Assembly: GCA_040768685.1 (NCBI GenBank)
Contig: JAXGMM010000001.1
Span: forward strand, 1,322,691-1,386,690
Length of the DNA stretch: 64,000 nucleotides
Origin: Anaerolineae bacterium
Lineage (GTDB): Bacteria > Chloroflexota > Anaerolineae > DRVO01
Reading direction: 5' to 3'
Shown here: positions 39,903 through 48,375 of the stretch, piece after piece
Layout of the letters: every line of letters starts with the position of its first letter
Position numbering within the stretch: the stretch's first letter is position 1
Notes under the pieces: model-generated
What the model was told of the DNA's origin: nothing
Databases searched by the model: none
What the model saw: the letters and a program-made list of their open reading frames with translations, nothing else
Program-made: the position numbers and the translations under genes

Positions 39903-41005
39903 GCCAGCAGCTGTTCGGCAACGAACTCCACCTGTTCTGGCTGCAACTCGGCGTACATCGGCAGGCTGAGGACGCTATCGGCCAGACTCTCGGACACCGG
40001 CAGGCTCCCCCGGCGATGGCCCAGATCGGAGAAGGCCGGCTGGAGGTGCACCGGAAGCGGGTAGTGGATGCCGGTGGCTATGCCCACCTCGGCCAGCTGC
40101 CTCTGAATCCGCTCTCGGGACTGAGGGGGCACGCGGACGATGTAGAGATGGTAGACCGGTTCGGCCCAGGCCGCCGGCTTTAGCGGGACGGCGGCCGAAC
40201 CTGCGAGGAGGGCGTCGTAGTGGGCGGCGTGCTCGCGACGGCGCTGGTTCCAGTCGTCCAGGTGGCGCAGCTTCACCCGCAGGACCGCCGCCTGCAGCGC
40301 GTCCATTCGGTCGTTGCCGCCGACCTGCGAGTGCTCGTATTTGCTGCCCGGGTTGCGTCCGTGATCGGCGATCATGCGCACGGCCGCGGCGATGTCGGGG
40401 TCATTCGTCACGATCGCTCCGGCGTCACCGTAGGCGCCCAGGTTCTTGCCGGGGTAGAAGGAGAAGCAGGCCACCCGACCCAACGAGCCGACGCGCCGAC
40501 CCCGGTGCCGTGCGCCGTGCGCCTGGGCGGCGTCCTCGATGAGCGTGAGTGCGTAACGATCACAGAGGTCAAGAAGCGGATCGAGGTCGGCGGGGTGGCC
40601 GTAAAGGTGCACCGGAAGGAGGGCCCGCGTGCGGCCGGTGATGGCCATAGCCGCCTGCTCCGCATCCATCCCACCAGTGGTGGATGTCGCGTCCACCAGC
40701 ACCGGCGTGGCCCCCACCTGGGCGATGGCCTCGGCCGTGGCCACGAAGGTGTTGCTGCAGGTGATCACCTCGGCGCCGTGGCCAAGGCCGCAGGCTCGCA
40801 GGGCGAGCGCCAGGGCTGATGTGCCGGAAGAGACGCCGACGCAGTAGGCCGCCTCGCAATAGGCGGCGAACTCGGCCTCAAAGGCGGCCAACTCCGGCCC
40901 ACCTATGAACCGGGTGCTGTCGAGGACGCCCTGGATGGCTGCATCCATCTCGTCCTTGATGGAGCGGTACTGCGCGCCCAAGTCCACCAGGGGGATCTGC
41001 GTCAT
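39887..41005 (-). CDS. DegT/DnrJ/EryC1/StrS-family PLP-dependent nucleotide-sugar aminotransferase (ArnB/WbpE-like)
   Basis: Family-typical sequence throughout, including FSFYPGKNLGAYGDAGAIVTND with the PLP-lysine. Confidence 0.9.
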   Translation of the reverse strand: MTQIPLVDLGAQYRSIKDEMDAAIQGVLDSTRFIGGPELAAFEAEFAAYCEAAYCVGVSSGTSALALALRACGLGHGAEVITCSNTFVATAEAIAQVGATPVLVDATSTTGGMDAEQAAMAITGRTRALLPVHLYGHPADLDPLLDLCDRYALTLIEDAAQAHGARHRGRRVGSLGRVACFSFYPGKNLGAYGDAGAIVTNDPDIAAAVRMIADHGRNPGSKYEHSQVGGNDRMDALQAAVLRVKLRHLDDWNQRRREHAAHYDALLAGSAAVPLKPAAWAEPVYHLYIVRVPPQSRERIQRQLAEVGIATGIHYPLPVHLQPAFSDLGHRRGSLPVSESLADSVLSLPMYAELQPEQVEFVAEQLLACLRD

Positions 41006-41017
41006 GGTCGCCTCCGT

Positions 41018-41680
41018 CTAGCGTTCATCGAGACTGTCATAAGGCGAGGTCATCAGCCCGTAGGGGCAGGTGAGCAGGTCGACACTGCGAACTACTCGAG
41101 CCGGGTTCCCCGCCACCACCATCCGGGCGGGGACGTCGTGCGTCACCACGGACGCCGCCCCCACCAGTGCCATCTCGCCGACCTCAAGGTCGGGCAGGAG
41201 GGTGGCGTTGGCTCCGATCTTAGCTCCTCGACGGATCCGCGGTCCGCGCAGACACTCCTTCGCGCGGGGGCAGAGCGGGTGCAGGGCGTTGGTGAAAGTC
41301 ACGTGCGGGCCGACCCAAGCATCGGCTTCCAGGAGGGAGTACTCGGGTATGAAGGCCCCGGAGTGAATGCGGACGTGGTCGCCGATCTCCACATGGTGCT
41401 CGATGACGGTGTGTGACCCGATGCTGACCGAATCGCCGACGCGATTGAACTCGCGCAAAAGGGCGCCATGGCCGCTCTGGAACCCAGCGCCGATGACGTT
41501 CCCGGCGTAGATCACGGTGTGGGAGCGGATCACGCTGTTGGCCCCAATGACGGTCGGGTGCTCTCCGGGGGCCGCTCCTCGCGGGGGGCTGCCCAGCACC
41601 ACGTACTCACCCACGGTGACTCCGTCGGCGAGTTGCACGTTCGGGTGTACCACAGCCGTGGGATGCACGCAGGTACCCAT
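41018..41680 (-). CDS. Left-handed beta-helix (hexapeptide-repeat) sugar N-acetyltransferase (PglD/WbpD-like). Start re-assigned to MGTCVHP.
   Basis: Hexapeptide repeats (VHPNVQLADGVTVGEYVVLG, IGANSVIRSHTVIYAGNVIG ...). The tracked ORF has a spurious 148-aa N-terminal extension. Confidence 0.8.
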   Translation of the reverse strand: MGTCVHPTAVVHPNVQLADGVTVGEYVVLGSPPRGAAPGEHPTVIGANSVIRSHTVIYAGNVIGAGFQSGHGALLREFNRVGDSVSIGSHTVIEHHVEIGDHVRIHSGAFIPEYSLLEADAWVGPHVTFTNALHPLCPRAKECLRGPRIRRGAKIGANATLLPDLEVGEMALVGAASVVTHDVPARMVVAGNPARVVRSVDLLTCPYGLMTSPYDSLDER

Positions 41681-41851
41681 AGGAGCGCGATGATAGCACA
41701 GGGGTGGGCTTGCGGCAACGACCCTGGGCCGGGTGGCTGCCCTGCTCAGCGGGTCAGTGCGGCGCCTTTCCCCTGCTTCGACACAACGCTCAGCGCATGC
41801 GATAATCGGTACATGTCCCGCAGGGACGATAGGCACGAGAGAGGTGATGGT

Positions 41852-43018
41852 ATGCGCTTTGCTGACAGAATGAGCAGGCTGGGCACCGAGACGGCCTTTG
41901 AAGTACTTGCCGCCGCGCGCGCCCTGGAGGCCCAGGGGCGCGATATAGTGCACCTTGAGATCGGCGAGCCGGACTTCGACACGCCGGCGAACATAGTTGA
42001 CGCTGCCGTGAAGGCACTGCGGGCCGGACACACGCACTACACTCCCGCGTCTGGAATCCCTGAGTTGCGACAGGCGATCGCAGCCGAGGTCGCCGCGACC
42101 AGAGGGATAGAGGTTACCCCCGCACAAGTGGTGGTAGTGCCTGGGGGAAAGCCGATCATGTACTTCGTGATCACCGCGCTCATCCAGGAAGGGGACGAGG
42201 TGATCTACCCCAACCCTGGCTTCCCGATCTACGAGTCCATGATCAAGTTCGCCGGCGGCACGCCGGTGCCGATGCCCCTACTTCAGGAGAACCAGTTCCG
42301 CCTGGACACTAGGCAGCTCAAGTCGTTGGTGACCGATCGCACCCGGTTGGTGATCCTCAACTCCCCGGCCAACCCCACCGGCGGCGTCCTCGCTCCGGAA
42401 GACCTGCAGGCGGTAGCTGACGCGGTCCGTGACCACGACGCCATTGTCCTGTCCGACGAGATCTACGGCCGAATCATCTACGAGGGCGAGTTCGCCAGCA
42501 TTGCCAGCCTGCCGGGAATGGCCGAGCGAACGGTCATCCTGGATGGCTTCTCCAAGACCTACGCCATGACCGGCTGGCGGCTGGGCTATGGCGTCATGCC
42601 CGTCCCGCTGGCCGAGCAGATCACCCGCCTGAACATCAACTCCAACTCCTGCACCAGCGCGCATACGCAGTGGGCCGGGGTGGAGGCGCTGACCGGGCCT
42701 CAGGACGAAGTGGGGAAGATGGTGGCGGCGTTCCGCGAGCGGCGCGACGTTATCGTTGGTGGGCTCAACGACATACCGGGGATTCGCTGCCTCAAACCGT
42801 CCGGGGCGTTCTATGTCTTCCCCGACATCTCCGCTACGGGGCTGACCAGCAAGCAGATGGAGACGTACCTGCTTAGCGATGCGGGTGTGGCCACGCTTGC
42901 GGGCACGTCCTTCGGCGCCTATGGAGAGGGCCACATCCGCTTGTCGTACGCCAACTCGGTGGCCAACATCGAGAAGGCTCTTGAGAGGATGCGCAAGGCG
43001 ATCGCCGTCCTGGGCTAG
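41852..43018 (+). CDS. Class I/II PLP-dependent aminotransferase (aspartate/aromatic aminotransferase-like). Start re-assigned to MRFADRM.
   Basis: SFSKTYAMTGWRLGY PLP-lysine motif, NPTGG motif. Confidence 0.85.
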   Translation: MRFADRMSRLGTETAFEVLAAARALEAQGRDIVHLEIGEPDFDTPANIVDAAVKALRAGHTHYTPASGIPELRQAIAAEVAATRGIEVTPAQVVVVPGGKPIMYFVITALIQEGDEVIYPNPGFPIYESMIKFAGGTPVPMPLLQENQFRLDTRQLKSLVTDRTRLVILNSPANPTGGVLAPEDLQAVADAVRDHDAIVLSDEIYGRIIYEGEFASIASLPGMAERTVILDGFSKTYAMTGWRLGYGVMPVPLAEQITRLNINSNSCTSAHTQWAGVEALTGPQDEVGKMVAAFRERRDVIVGGLNDIPGIRCLKPSGAFYVFPDISATGLTSKQMETYLLSDAGVATLAGTSFGAYGEGHIRLSYANSVANIEKALERMRKAIAVLG

Positions 43019-43019
43019 G

Positions 43020-43048
43020 TTGCTGACGCACCATCGCCGCGCTATGAT
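43020..43048 (+). promoter_or_regulatory. Sigma-70-like promoter for the ileS leader: -35 TTGCTG, 17-bp spacer, -10 TATGAT
   Basis: Read directly from the sequence. Confidence 0.4.
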
Positions 43049-43059
43049 GTGCGACAATC

Positions 43060-43335
43060 GAATAGATCATGGACTGAGACGGAAACGAGTAGACGGCCGG
43101 AGTCGCTCAGAGAGCCCGAGTCAGGTGAGAGCCGGGTGCGAGAGGGCCGCCGAATATCATTCCCGAGTCGCCAACCGAAAGGGAGCGAGTAGGCTTGGCC
43201 GGGTTGCCGCCCGTTACAGCGGTACGGCTATGAACACGTAGCTGCGAGCGAGCGGTCACTGCTAAGCAGGGTGGTACCGCGGGGGTCAAGTACGATTACG
43301 GGGCCCTCGTCCCTGGGGACGAGGGCCTTTTGCTG
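43060..43335 (+). promoter_or_regulatory. T-box riboswitch leader controlling ileS (specifier AUC = Ile, conserved T-box sequence AGGGUGGUACCGCGGGGG, intrinsic terminator)
   Basis: Stem I with AGAG...GAGU S-turn elements flanking a loop GAAUAUCAUU (AUC at 43155-43157 followed by a purine). T-box sequence at 43267-43284. Terminator hairpin 43298-43326 followed by UUUU. Directly upstream of ileS. Confidence 0.8.
43298..43330 (+). terminator. T-box leader intrinsic terminator (ggggccctcgtccc-tgg-ggacgagggcc plus TTTT)
   Basis: 12-bp GC-rich stem with a 4-U tail, 31 nt before the ileS start. Confidence 0.7.
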
Positions 43336-43361
43336 TCTCCCGATTGGGCAGGAGGTAGGAG

Positions 43362-46300
43362 ATGGGTGGGCTGTTCCGCGAAGTGAGTGGTAGGGCGAAC
43401 TTGCCCGGCATGGAAGAAGAGGTGCTGAAGTTCTGGCAGGAAGGCGACGTCTTCCGGCGCAGCATGCGCCCTGAGGGTAAGCCCTGGGTCTTCTATGAGG
43501 GCCCGCCCACGGCCAATGGCCTGCCCGGGACGCACCATGTCATCGCTCGCGTGTTCAAGGACCTGTTCCCGCGTTTCCAGAACATGAAGGGACGCTACGT
43601 GCTCCGCAAAGGCGGGTGGGACACCCACGGTCTACCCGTAGAGCTCGAGGTCGAGAAGCAGCTTGGCTTCAGCGGCAAGCAGCAGATCGAGCAGTACGGC
43701 GTCGCCGCCTTCAATGAGCGCTGCCGCGAGAGCGTCTTCCGCTATGTCCGCCAGTGGGAGCAGATGACCGACCGCATCGGCGTCTGGATGGACATGGATG
43801 ACCCTTACATCACTATGGACAACAACTACATCGAGTCCGTCTGGTGGATCCTGCGAAGCTTCTGGGACCAGGGACTGCTTTACCAGGGTTTCAAGGTCGT
43901 CCCGTACTGCGCTCGCTGCGGAACACCGCTCTCCGACCATGAGGTTGCCCAGGGGTACGCCGAGACGGAGGACCCTTCCGTCTTCGTTCGCTTCCGCGTC
44001 AGGGATGATGAAGGCGCCTCGTTCCTGGTCTGGACCACCACGCCGTGGACCTTGCCCGGCAACGTGGCCCTGGCCGTGCATCCTGAGGTGGACTACATCC
44101 TTGTCGAGGTGGGGGAGCCGGCGGAGCGACTTTACCTAGCTGCCAGCCTGGCGGAGGGACTGTTGGGTGAGCACAAGGTGCTCAGGCGCATGAAGGGCAA
44201 GGATCTCATCGGGCTATCATATGAGCCGCTCTACTCCTTCCTGCCCCTGGGCAGCAAGGCCCACTATGTGGTAGGCGCCGATTTCGTGAGCACCGAGGAC
44301 GGCTCCGGTATCGTCCACATGGCCCCGGCCTTCGGCGCTGAGGATATGGTGGTGGCCCAGAAGCAAGGGTTGCCGGTGCTGCAGACGGTGAACGCCGACG
44401 GTCAGTTCATAGACGCCGTCACGCCCTGGAAAGGCGTGTTCGTGAAGGACGCCGATCCGCTCATCCTGCGGGACCTGCGCCAGCGAGGGCTGCTCTACCG
44501 CGAGGGCCGCTTCCGGCACGTGTACCCGTTCTGCTGGCGCTGCGACCGGCCGCTGCTCTACTACGCTCGCTCGTCGTGGTTCGTCCGCACAACCGCGTAC
44601 CGCGATCTCCTCGTGGAACTCAACCGGGGCATAAAGTGGGTGCCCGAGCATGTGCGAGAGGGCCGATTCGGCAACTGGCTGGAGAACAACATCGACTGGG
44701 CCCTCAGTCGCGACCGGTACTGGGGGACGCCGCTGCCGATCTGGCGCTGTGACACCTGCGAGCAGATGGAGTGTATCGGCTCGGTGGAGGAGTTGCGCCA
44801 CAAGCCGGACAGCACCTTCGCGGCCGTGTTCCCCGATGCCGTCGACCTTCACCGGCCTTTCGTCGATGATGTGACCTACCACTGCCACTGCGGCGGAACG
44901 ATGAAGCGCGTACCGGAGGTCATCGACTGCTGGTTCGACTCCGGGGCGATGCCGGTGGCGCAGTGGCACTATCCCTTCGATAACGAGGCTAAGTTCGCCG
45001 AGCAGTTCCCGGCCGACTACATCTGCGAAGCCGTGGATCAGACGCGCGGGTGGTTCTACAGTCTGCACGCCATCTCCACGATGCTGTTCAAGCGGGCCTG
45101 TTTCAAGAACGTCATCTCCACCGGGCTCATCCTGGACGACACGGGCCAGAAGATGAGCAAGTCCCGGGGAAATATGGTGCCGTGGCAGACGCTCGTCGAG
45201 CAGCACGGCGCCGACGCCCTGCGCTGGTACATGTACACCGCTGCGCCTCCAGGGAATGCCAGACGCCTATCGGTGGACCTGGTCGGGGCGGTGGTGCGCG
45301 AGTTCCTGCTGACCCTGTGGAACACCTACTCGTTCTTCGTCACCTATGCCAACATCGACGGCTTCGACCCGGCAGCACCAGCCGTCCCCGTGGCGGAGCG
45401 ACCGGAGCTGGACCGGTGGGTCATCTCGGAACTGCACACGCTCATCGACGCGGTGGACCGGGCGTTATCCGACTACGACATCCCCGGGGCGGCCCGCCCG
45501 ATCGAGCGATTCGTGGGCAACCTGAGCAACTGGTACGTCCGCCGCAGCCGGCGTCGCTTCTGGAAGAGCGAGGCGGACAGCGACAAGTCGGCCGCCTACC
45601 AGACTCTCTACGAGTGCCTAGTGACCGTGGCCAAGCTCATGGCCCCGTTCACGCCGTTCATCGCCGAGGAGGTCTACCGGAACCTGGTAGCCAGTGTGGA
45701 CCCATCGGCGCCGGAGAGCGTGCACTTCTGCGACTTCCCGGTGTCGGACCCGAGCCTAGTCGACGAGCGCCTGCAGCAGGAGATGGGCGTGGCGATGCGT
45801 GTGGTCAGCCTCGGCCATGCCGCGCGCAACGCCGTCAACATCAAGTTGCGGCAGCCGCTCAGCCGGGCCCTTGTCGCGCTGCGCAGCCCGGATGAGGGCG
45901 CCGGCTTGCGGCGCCTGGCCGACGTTGTCGCGGAGGAGATGAATGTGAAGTCGGTGTCGGTTGCGGCCGCCGCCGACCTGGGAGCCTTCCACTACAGCGC
46001 CGTGCCCGCCAAAGTCGGCCCCAAGTACGGACGGCTGTTGCCCGGCATCCGCGGCGCCCTGGAACGCCTTTCCGACCCCTCTCTGGCGGAAGACCTGAAG
46101 CAGGGCCGTCCTCTGGTTCTCGAGGTGCAGGGCCAGCGACTGGAGCTGTTGCCGGACGAAGTCGAGTTCGCTCTCGAGCCGGCGCCGGGGCTGTCCCTGG
46201 CATCTGAGGCCGGCTACACCGTGGCGATCGACACCGAGGTCACCGAGGAGCTGCGCCTTGAGGGCCTGGCGCGCGAGGTCGTCCGCCGAGTGCAGAACAT

Positions 46301-46514
46301 GCGCAAGGAGGCAGGCTTCCGCATCGAGGATCACATACGCACCAGGTACCGTTGCGGGTCCGGGTTGGAGGCGGTGTTCGAGCGGTTCGGCACGTACATC
46401 GCTCAGGAGACCCTGACCGACGCCATGCAGTGCGGCGCTGGGTCTCCGGCCGCCTACACCGAGGATTTCAGCCTTGTGGGCGAGCCGCTGACAATCTGGA
46501 TAGAGCGGTCCTGA
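43362..46514 (+). CDS. ileS: Isoleucine--tRNA ligase
   Basis: HIGH-type motif (PGTHHVIARV), KMSKS motif, class I synthetase. 1050 aa with a C-terminal zinc-binding region. Confidence 0.95.
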   Translation: MGGLFREVSGRANLPGMEEEVLKFWQEGDVFRRSMRPEGKPWVFYEGPPTANGLPGTHHVIARVFKDLFPRFQNMKGRYVLRKGGWDTHGLPVELEVEKQLGFSGKQQIEQYGVAAFNERCRESVFRYVRQWEQMTDRIGVWMDMDDPYITMDNNYIESVWWILRSFWDQGLLYQGFKVVPYCARCGTPLSDHEVAQGYAETEDPSVFVRFRVRDDEGASFLVWTTTPWTLPGNVALAVHPEVDYILVEVGEPAERLYLAASLAEGLLGEHKVLRRMKGKDLIGLSYEPLYSFLPLGSKAHYVVGADFVSTEDGSGIVHMAPAFGAEDMVVAQKQGLPVLQTVNADGQFIDAVTPWKGVFVKDADPLILRDLRQRGLLYREGRFRHVYPFCWRCDRPLLYYARSSWFVRTTAYRDLLVELNRGIKWVPEHVREGRFGNWLENNIDWALSRDRYWGTPLPIWRCDTCEQMECIGSVEELRHKPDSTFAAVFPDAVDLHRPFVDDVTYHCHCGGTMKRVPEVIDCWFDSGAMPVAQWHYPFDNEAKFAEQFPADYICEAVDQTRGWFYSLHAISTMLFKRACFKNVISTGLILDDTGQKMSKSRGNMVPWQTLVEQHGADALRWYMYTAAPPGNARRLSVDLVGAVVREFLLTLWNTYSFFVTYANIDGFDPAAPAVPVAERPELDRWVISELHTLIDAVDRALSDYDIPGAARPIERFVGNLSNWYVRRSRRRFWKSEADSDKSAAYQTLYECLVTVAKLMAPFTPFIAEEVYRNLVASVDPSAPESVHFCDFPVSDPSLVDERLQQEMGVAMRVVSLGHAARNAVNIKLRQPLSRALVALRSPDEGAGLRRLADVVAEEMNVKSVSVAAAADLGAFHYSAVPAKVGPKYGRLLPGIRGALERLSDPSLAEDLKQGRPLVLEVQGQRLELLPDEVEFALEPAPGLSLASEAGYTVAIDTEVTEELRLEGLAREVVRRVQNMRKEAGFRIEDHIRTRYRCGSGLEAVFERFGTYIAQETLTDAMQCGAGSPAAYTEDFSLVGEPLTIWIERS

Positions 46515-46532
46515 CGACGCCGGAGAGCCTAC

Positions 46533-46558
46533 GGCGGGGGGCGGCTTTGCCCCCCGCC
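46533..46558 (+). terminator. GC hairpin after ileS (ggcgggggg / ccccccgcc, 8-nt loop)
   Basis: Inverted repeat 19 nt after the ileS stop. Confidence 0.4.
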
Positions 46559-46627
46559 TCTGCCGCCCTCTACAATGCCAGGGTGCGGCTAAGGTCGTGG
46601 ACTGCGCTAGGAGCCGTTCGTATAGCT

Positions 46628-47149
46628 ATGCGAAAGCCACTGCTTCCCCTATCCACCGTTCTCGCCATCATCGTCGTACTGGTTCTAGACCGGGTGACGA
46701 AGATGTGGGCAGCAAGCAACTTGCCCTACCAGGTGCCAGTGACGGTGATTCCGGGGCTGGAAAACGTGTTCACCCTCACGTACATCCGCAACAGCGGAGC
46801 TGCGTTCGGCCTTTTCCCCCAGGCTGCGACGATCTTCGCCATCATCAAGATCGTTGTCGTGATCGCGCTGGTCGTTTGGTACCACAAGCTTCCAGTGCAG
46901 CACTTCCTGGTGCGGGTGTCCGTGGGCATGATCCAGGGCGGCGCCATCGGCAACCTCATCGATCGCCTGACCGCCGGGTCCGTCGTGGACTTTCTTCACT
47001 TCCACTTCTGGCCGATCTTCAACGTGGCCGACAGTGCCGTGTCCGTGGGCGTCGTGATCCTGGCCGTCTACATGCTGTTTGACGACTCGCCCGCCCCCGA
47101 AGGATCCAAGGACGAGGCGCTGGGGCCCGATGGCTCCACTCGTGCCTGA
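46628..47149 (+). CDS. lspA: Lipoprotein signal peptidase II. Start re-assigned to MRKPLLP.
   Basis: NSGAAFGLF and GNLIDR / FNVAD catalytic motifs of LspA. Conserved ileS-lspA-rluD synteny. Confidence 0.85.
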   Translation: MRKPLLPLSTVLAIIVVLVLDRVTKMWAASNLPYQVPVTVIPGLENVFTLTYIRNSGAAFGLFPQAATIFAIIKIVVVIALVVWYHKLPVQHFLVRVSVGMIQGGAIGNLIDRLTAGSVVDFLHFHFWPIFNVADSAVSVGVVILAVYMLFDDSPAPEGSKDEALGPDGSTRA

Positions 47150-48074
47150 CGCAGAGGTGCGGATGGTCGATCTGGACGTCGCCGAGGGCGGGGCCAGGCT
47201 GGACCAGTACCTGGCCGCGCACCTTGACGCGGTCTCTCGGTCCCAGGCGCGGCGGCTCATCGAGGACGGCCGAGTGACCGTGGGCGGCCGACTCGCCAAA
47301 CCGTCCACGGTTCTCCGCGAAGGGGATCGCGTGTCTGTTGAGCTTCTCCCGCGGGCCGACAACGACATTGTGCCTGAGAAGATGGACATTCCCGTGGTGT
47401 ATGAGGGTGAGGCGGTTGTCGTGGTGGACAAGCCGGCCGGCGTCCTCACCCATCCGACCTCGCACGACCGACGCGGCACCCTGGTGAACGCGCTGCTGTA
47501 CCGGTACCCCGAGCTTGAGTCCGTCGGCCCGCCCGAACGGCGCGGAGTCGTCCATCGGCTGGATCGTGACACTTCCGGCCTGGTGGTGTTTGGCCGGACC
47601 GCCGAAGGTTTGAGGGACATGCAGGAGCAGTTTCGCCGTCACGAAGTCTGGAAGACGTACCTGGCCCTCGCGGTGGGCTCTCTCAGCCCCGAGGCCGGGG
47701 TCATTACGGCGGCGGTTGGCAGGCACCCGAAGTATCGTGCGCGGCAGGCGGTTGTCCGCCAGGGTGGACGTCCGGCGAGGACGCAGTACTCCACGGTGGA
47801 GACATTCCGCGAGTACAGCCTGGTGCATGCTCATCCACTGACTGGGCGCACCCACCAGATCCGCGTCCACCTGGCGGCCGTGGGCCATCCGGTGGCCGGC
47901 GACCCGGTCTACGGGCGTGGTGCTCGCGACCTAGGCCTCCGCCGGCAGTTCCTTCATGCCCGCGCTCTGCGCTTCCGAGATCCCGCCTCCCGGGAGATGG
48001 TCGAACTGGAGTCGTCCCTGCCGGACGATCTTCTCGATGTCCTGGAGCGCTTGCGCCGCGAACACGAGGGCTAG
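47130..48074 (+). CDS. rluD: RluA-family 23S rRNA pseudouridine synthase (RluD-like) with an N-terminal S4 domain. Start re-assigned.
   Basis: S4 domain (RLDQYLAAHL...SRSQARRLI), catalytic HRLDRDTSGL motif. Confidence 0.9.
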   Translation: MAPLVPDAEVRMVDLDVAEGGARLDQYLAAHLDAVSRSQARRLIEDGRVTVGGRLAKPSTVLREGDRVSVELLPRADNDIVPEKMDIPVVYEGEAVVVVDKPAGVLTHPTSHDRRGTLVNALLYRYPELESVGPPERRGVVHRLDRDTSGLVVFGRTAEGLRDMQEQFRRHEVWKTYLALAVGSLSPEAGVITAAVGRHPKYRARQAVVRQGGRPARTQYSTVETFREYSLVHAHPLTGRTHQIRVHLAAVGHPVAGDPVYGRGARDLGLRRQFLHARALRFRDPASREMVELESSLPDDLLDVLERLRREHEG

Positions 48075-48077
48075 GCC

Positions 48078-48368
48078 GTGGTGATCGGGGTATGTCAGGT
48101 CGAATTGGTGGTCTCCGATGCCGCCTCGATCAAGGACAAGCGTCGGGTGGTTCGTTCCGTCGTGCAGCGGATGCGGTCCAAGTTCAACGTCGGCGTGGCC
48201 GAAGTGGGGGAGTTGGACTCCTGGCAAGTGGCAATCCTCGGGATAGTGTGCGTCTCCAATGAGACCGGCCACGCTGCTTCAATTCTGAGCAGCGTTCTTG
48301 ACTGGCTGGAGGCCGAGCGAATCGACGCGGAGATCGGGGCCGTGTCAACCAGCGTCGAGGTATGGTGA
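48078..48368 (+). CDS. DUF503-family protein (YlxP-like)
   Basis: 96 aa, GTG start 4 nt after the rluD stop; family-typical hydrophobic/charged pattern. Confidence 0.6.
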   Translation: MVIGVCQVELVVSDAASIKDKRRVVRSVVQRMRSKFNVGVAEVGELDSWQVAILGIVCVSNETGHAASILSSVLDWLEAERIDAEIGAVSTSVEVW

Positions 48369-48375
48369 CGGGCAC

